A DNA stretch of 60,934 nt, the filler included. It is 6 parts of 6 records of this genome, joined end to end, with 100 filler letters (N's around TTAATTAATTAA, not from the genome) between each part and the next. Parts side by side here need not be neighbours in the genome. Positions count along the whole stretch, not along the records: positions 54,229 to 60,934 come from SRR7504441_1999; 5 more parts are not named here. One strand, 5' to 3'. The notes under the pieces are model-generated. The model did no database searches. It was not told the DNA's origin and worked only from the letters and a program-made list of their open reading frames with translations. This document shows, piece after piece, positions 57,201 to 60,934 of the stretch (position 1 is the stretch's first letter; every line of letters begins with the position of its first letter). The position numbers and the translations under genes were made by a program.

Positions 57201-60200
57201 GTCCCTGCAAAAGGCGTTGGATGCACTCAAAGCAAAGGCTGACCACGATGTAGCTGTCACCAAAAGGGATGCCAAGGCTAAGGCAGCCAGACTTCAAAAG
57301 GCAGCAGAAGACAAGAGCAAGAGTATCAAGGAGAAAGCTGAGGAGCAGGCACGGCGCACAGTTGCAGAGGCCAAACGTGCTGCCGATGTGATTCAAAGCC
57401 GCGCAAATAAACAGGCTCAACAGATCACAGCTGAGGCTCGCCACAGCGCTCAACAAGCCAAAACACGAGCACTAGCAGCGGGTACAAATGCGAGGGATGC
57501 TGAAGCAGCGGCGAAAGATGCAGAACATGCGGCACAGGTGGCTCTTGAGGAAATCAAAGCCAAGTCAAGGGAGAAGCTGGACGACGCTCAGGCCGATGCC
57601 TTGGCCAAGGCAAGCCGCAACAGGGAAGCTAGCCAGATCCAAGCCATGCAAGTGCTTGCTAATGCAGAGGATGAATCATCGCGTTTAATCGCAAATGCAA
57701 ATCAAAAGGCTGAAATGCGCAAAGCCAAGCTAGTGATTGATACAGGGCGGCTCAAAGGGGCCAGTGAATCCTCTATTGCAGCTCTGGAGAATGCAATGCG
57801 CCAAGCAGATAGCACAGTGACCAAGGCTGAGGTGCAGGCTAGCACAGTGAGGCGGAAAGCCATTGAAAACGGCCGCCAGCAGATTGAGAAAGCTAGGATG
57901 AAGGCACAAGAGCATCGAAGAAAAGCACAGGAACAGATTGTAGGGATCAGAAAGAAATCAATGAATGAAGTTACCAGGATCAATCAGCAGGCTGCGGAGA
58001 AGGTGTCTGCAATTAGGGCCGCGTGTGGGAAGGACCAGTCTGCAGTGACTAGTGATGGACCAGGTTCTACCACAATGCTGATTCAGCTCGGATCAGACCA
58101 GTGGGAACTGGCAAACAAGAAGCTTATAGCTCTCGACCTGGCAAAGGTAAAGGTGACGAGGTTGAAGCGCGCAGCCAAACTGGCAGACAATCAGCTCCAG
58201 AATGTTCAAGCCCGGCACGAGGAAGCTAAGAAGGCGCTAGCTCGTGCCAAGGAAATTTTGAACAAGAGAATCAAGAAGGCATCTGATTTGCGGGCCAAGA
58301 TCTCTCAGGCCAAGACTGCGCTTGCCAGTATGACAGAACGTGCAAATAGCTTTGCAAAGAAGATTTCTGCTGACGAGGCAGCAGCTACTAATTTGGAACG
58401 CCATCTGCAGGAAGCACAGGAAGATGCCATGGACATGAAACTGAAGTTTGAGAAGGCCAAATTTGGCGCAAAGAGAGCTGCACATGACAGCCAGTTGGCG
58501 CGTCAGATATCAGACAAGGGCAAGCTGGTGGCTTCTGACGCAAGGAAACGAACTCAGGCAGCAAAGACACAAGTTGAGCAAAATGATTTGCATGTAGCGG
58601 CGGCACAGAAGCAACTCGCTGAACAGGAAGCAAAGATCCAAGCTGCAGAAGGTAGTCTCAAGACTGCACAGTCTGAGGAGCTTGAGGCAAAGAAAAAGCA
58701 ACAACAGTCAGAGCTGAAAGTCAGCATCGCCGAAGATGTTACAAGGGCAACAGCTCAGAAAGCAGTGGAGGCGAAGTCCCAAGAGGATGCCGCTAAGCAC
58801 AGCACTGCAGAGATCTCAAAGCAGGCTGAGTCAGAGGTCAAAGCAGCACAGAAGGCTGAGCAAGAGGCTGCCGCCTTGCAGAAGGAGGCTGAGGACGGCA
58901 AGACACAGCAGGCACAAGCCTTGAATGAGGCTAAGGGAGAGCGCACCTCGGTGAGACTAAGTTATCTGGTCGCGTCTCATCTGCTTGATCACAGGTGCAG
59001 GTTGAGCAAGAGGCCAGCAGAAATGCTGAGGCTCGCTTACGAGAGGCAAGCAGACGACTAAGCCACTTGTACAACAAGCTTGCCCAAGCAAGCAAGGTAT
59101 CACAGCACTGCAGGTGCCCCGACTGAGATCCACTTTTTCAGGAGGCCACCCAGACGGAGCAGGACCAGAGCGAGGCTAGATCCAGAAGTGTTCTAAGAAA
59201 TCATGAGCTCAGCAGTGCCAAACAGGCTGTGTCCAGTCTGGAAGCTAAGGTCAAGACCAGAGAGAACGAAATTGGGAAATGGGAACTCAAAGGTAGCTCA
59301 AGCATGCATGAACAGGCTAAGTTGCTTTGCTTGCAGTTGCTCAGCTTCACCATACAGCCAAGAGTGAGCGAAACAACTATGCTTCTGCACAAGAGCAGGC
59401 GGATGCTTCAAAGGCAGCAGCAAGCCAGCAACAAGAGCGGCTATCACAAGATGAGTCCAACATAGCTAGAAAAGAGGAGCAAGTGCTCAGAAAGCAGCAG
59501 CTAGTGGACAGTGCTCAAACAGATGAAACGAAACAGCAGCAAAGATCAGACATCGCAAAGCGAGCAATGCAGAGAATGGAGCGACAGACACAGAAGTTGG
59601 GAAATGAGCTTAGAGATGCCAAAAGCTTCGCTGCTGCAAACGAACAACGCATCCAGAATGATGTCGAGACACTGAACAGTGACCTACGTGGCAAGAAAAA
59701 GGATTTGCGGTCCCTGCAAGCTGAATTCAAACACGCAAGCAAGGGCCTTAAAGATGCCAGAAAGAAGCTAGCCGAACTCGAAGCCAGCGCCACGCCGGTT
59801 TCTGGGCAATCCCAAGACGATACAATCCAGCGCAAAAAAGTCACTTTGAAAGATAAGCTGGGAAGAGAAGAGACTCAAATGGCACAGCTGCAATCCAAGG
59901 AGAGCTTGGCCAGAATTCAGACCCGGCAAAGTGACAAAGAGATGAACAACGCAAAGAGTCAACTGAAAGGATCCAACAAAGCTTTGAACACTGCGAAGAG
60001 AGTAGTAAAAAGTGCAGAAGAACGACGAGATGCTTTGGCTCATATGATCGCAAAGAATCAAGATCACGACGCAGAGCTGGATATTGACCGTATGCCTGGG
60101 CTCAACAAAGCAACACACAAACTGGCCCTCTCAAAAGAAAAGCTGCGGAACTTAGAGGTAATAGGCCTGAGGCTCCCGCCCCTGATTGGCCTGTTGCAGC

Positions 60201-60835
60201 ATAAAAAAGAGCAATTGGCACTCAAGAGACAAGGGTATGAGGACAACAAGGATGTGTCCAAAGAGAAGCTCCTCGCAATCAATGCGGCTGTGTCCACCGC
60301 AGCTGCTCAGCAAGCTGCAGCAAAGAGGCAATTGAATGTTGCCAAAGCTGAGATGCAAGAAACTGATGACAATGTAAGCAGAATGGTCAAGGAGTTCACT
60401 CAAGTGGGCAACACTTTTCGTGAGGCCAAGCTGAAGGCTCAGGATACCAATGCTGCACTGTCTAGTGCAGAGGATGCCCAGCAGAAATCAGAGGCTGGTG
60501 AAGCCAAGGCAACAGAGCAGCTCGAAAGCTTGCAAGGCAAGACTATGTTGAAAACACAGCAGCTGCAACAGCTGGAGCTGACCTATGGCAGAAAGGAGGA
60601 GGATGCATACAATGCCAAGCTAGAGAGCAGTCGGATCCAGGATAGGCTAGAAGAAGCCAAGAAGGATCTCATAGATGCAACCACACAACATGAAGTGGCC
60701 CGCAAGCAATGGCAGGCCGCGCAAGCCGCCACACTAGAGGCCAAGCAACAAAGAGCTAAAATCCTGCAACAAGAGGCGAACAATGCTGAAGCAAAATTGG
60801 CGGCAGTGAGGCCAAGGATAGTCACCAGTTCTTAA
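54229..60835 (+). CDS. Giant Ala/Gln/Lys/Glu-rich coiled-coil protein (>2100 aa), probably incomplete at both ends
   Basis: The 1602-aa and 502-aa ORFs are joined by introns 58951-58994, 59097-59141 and 59293-59336. Almost no Pro or aromatic residues. A likely further donor GTGAGG lies near 60806. Confidence 0.85.
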
Positions 60836-60934
60836 CAAAATGTTCTTTAAAAACAGTTCTTATTAAAACATCTTAAAAAAAATTCTCAACAACTTAATTT
60901 TAACACTCTCCAAATTCAGCTGTTGAGTGTTAAT

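Noticed and set aside
60828-60934. AT-rich degenerate TTCTTAAAA repeats and a 9-bp inverted repeat (TTAACACTC/GAGTGTTAA) at the window end
   Set aside because: Too short and truncated to call a MITE, terminator or telomere. Probably intron or intergenic low-complexity sequence.
1-60934. CRISPR arrays, rRNA/tRNA genes, transposases, viral genes
   Set aside because: No repeat-spacer array, recognisable structural RNA or mobile-element protein motif was seen. tRNAscan and Infernal were not run.

Overview
This is compact, GC-rich eukaryotic (protist-like) genomic DNA, not prokaryotic. It consists of six contigs joined by artificial 100-bp linkers (44 N + TTAATTAATTAA + 44 N), so gene order means nothing across linkers. 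Genes are mostly paired head-to-head with 70-165 bp spacers, and many carry tiny spliceosomal introns (mostly 37-47 nt, some GC-AG), so the ORF track fragments them. The standout is contig 1 (1-10185), an apparent lipid biosynthetic gene cluster. It contains a single-ORF fusion of an ELO fatty-acid elongase, an acyl-CoA-binding domain and a bacterial-type KAS III (FabH-like) condensing enzyme. That gene is head-to-head with an OleC-like (beta-lactone synthetase-type) adenylating enzyme, followed by a JmjC hydroxylase and, beyond an ATAD3 gene, a bacterial-type GNAT/Fem-fold protein. All four carry predicted membrane segments. Other contigs encode MAPEG, GRAM-VASt, a PHD/2OG-oxygenase, an ependymin-related protein, an Spt3-like+PHD protein, a sulfatase, a Cys-rich PLAC8 protein, an SK-like channel with a degenerate filter, a UBR5-like HECT ligase lacking the UBR box, SEC14, FKBP, a DUF4091/GH123-like protein, a giant membrane protein and long coiled-coil proteins. 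All family calls come from motif recognition by eye; no searches were run and the organism cannot be named.
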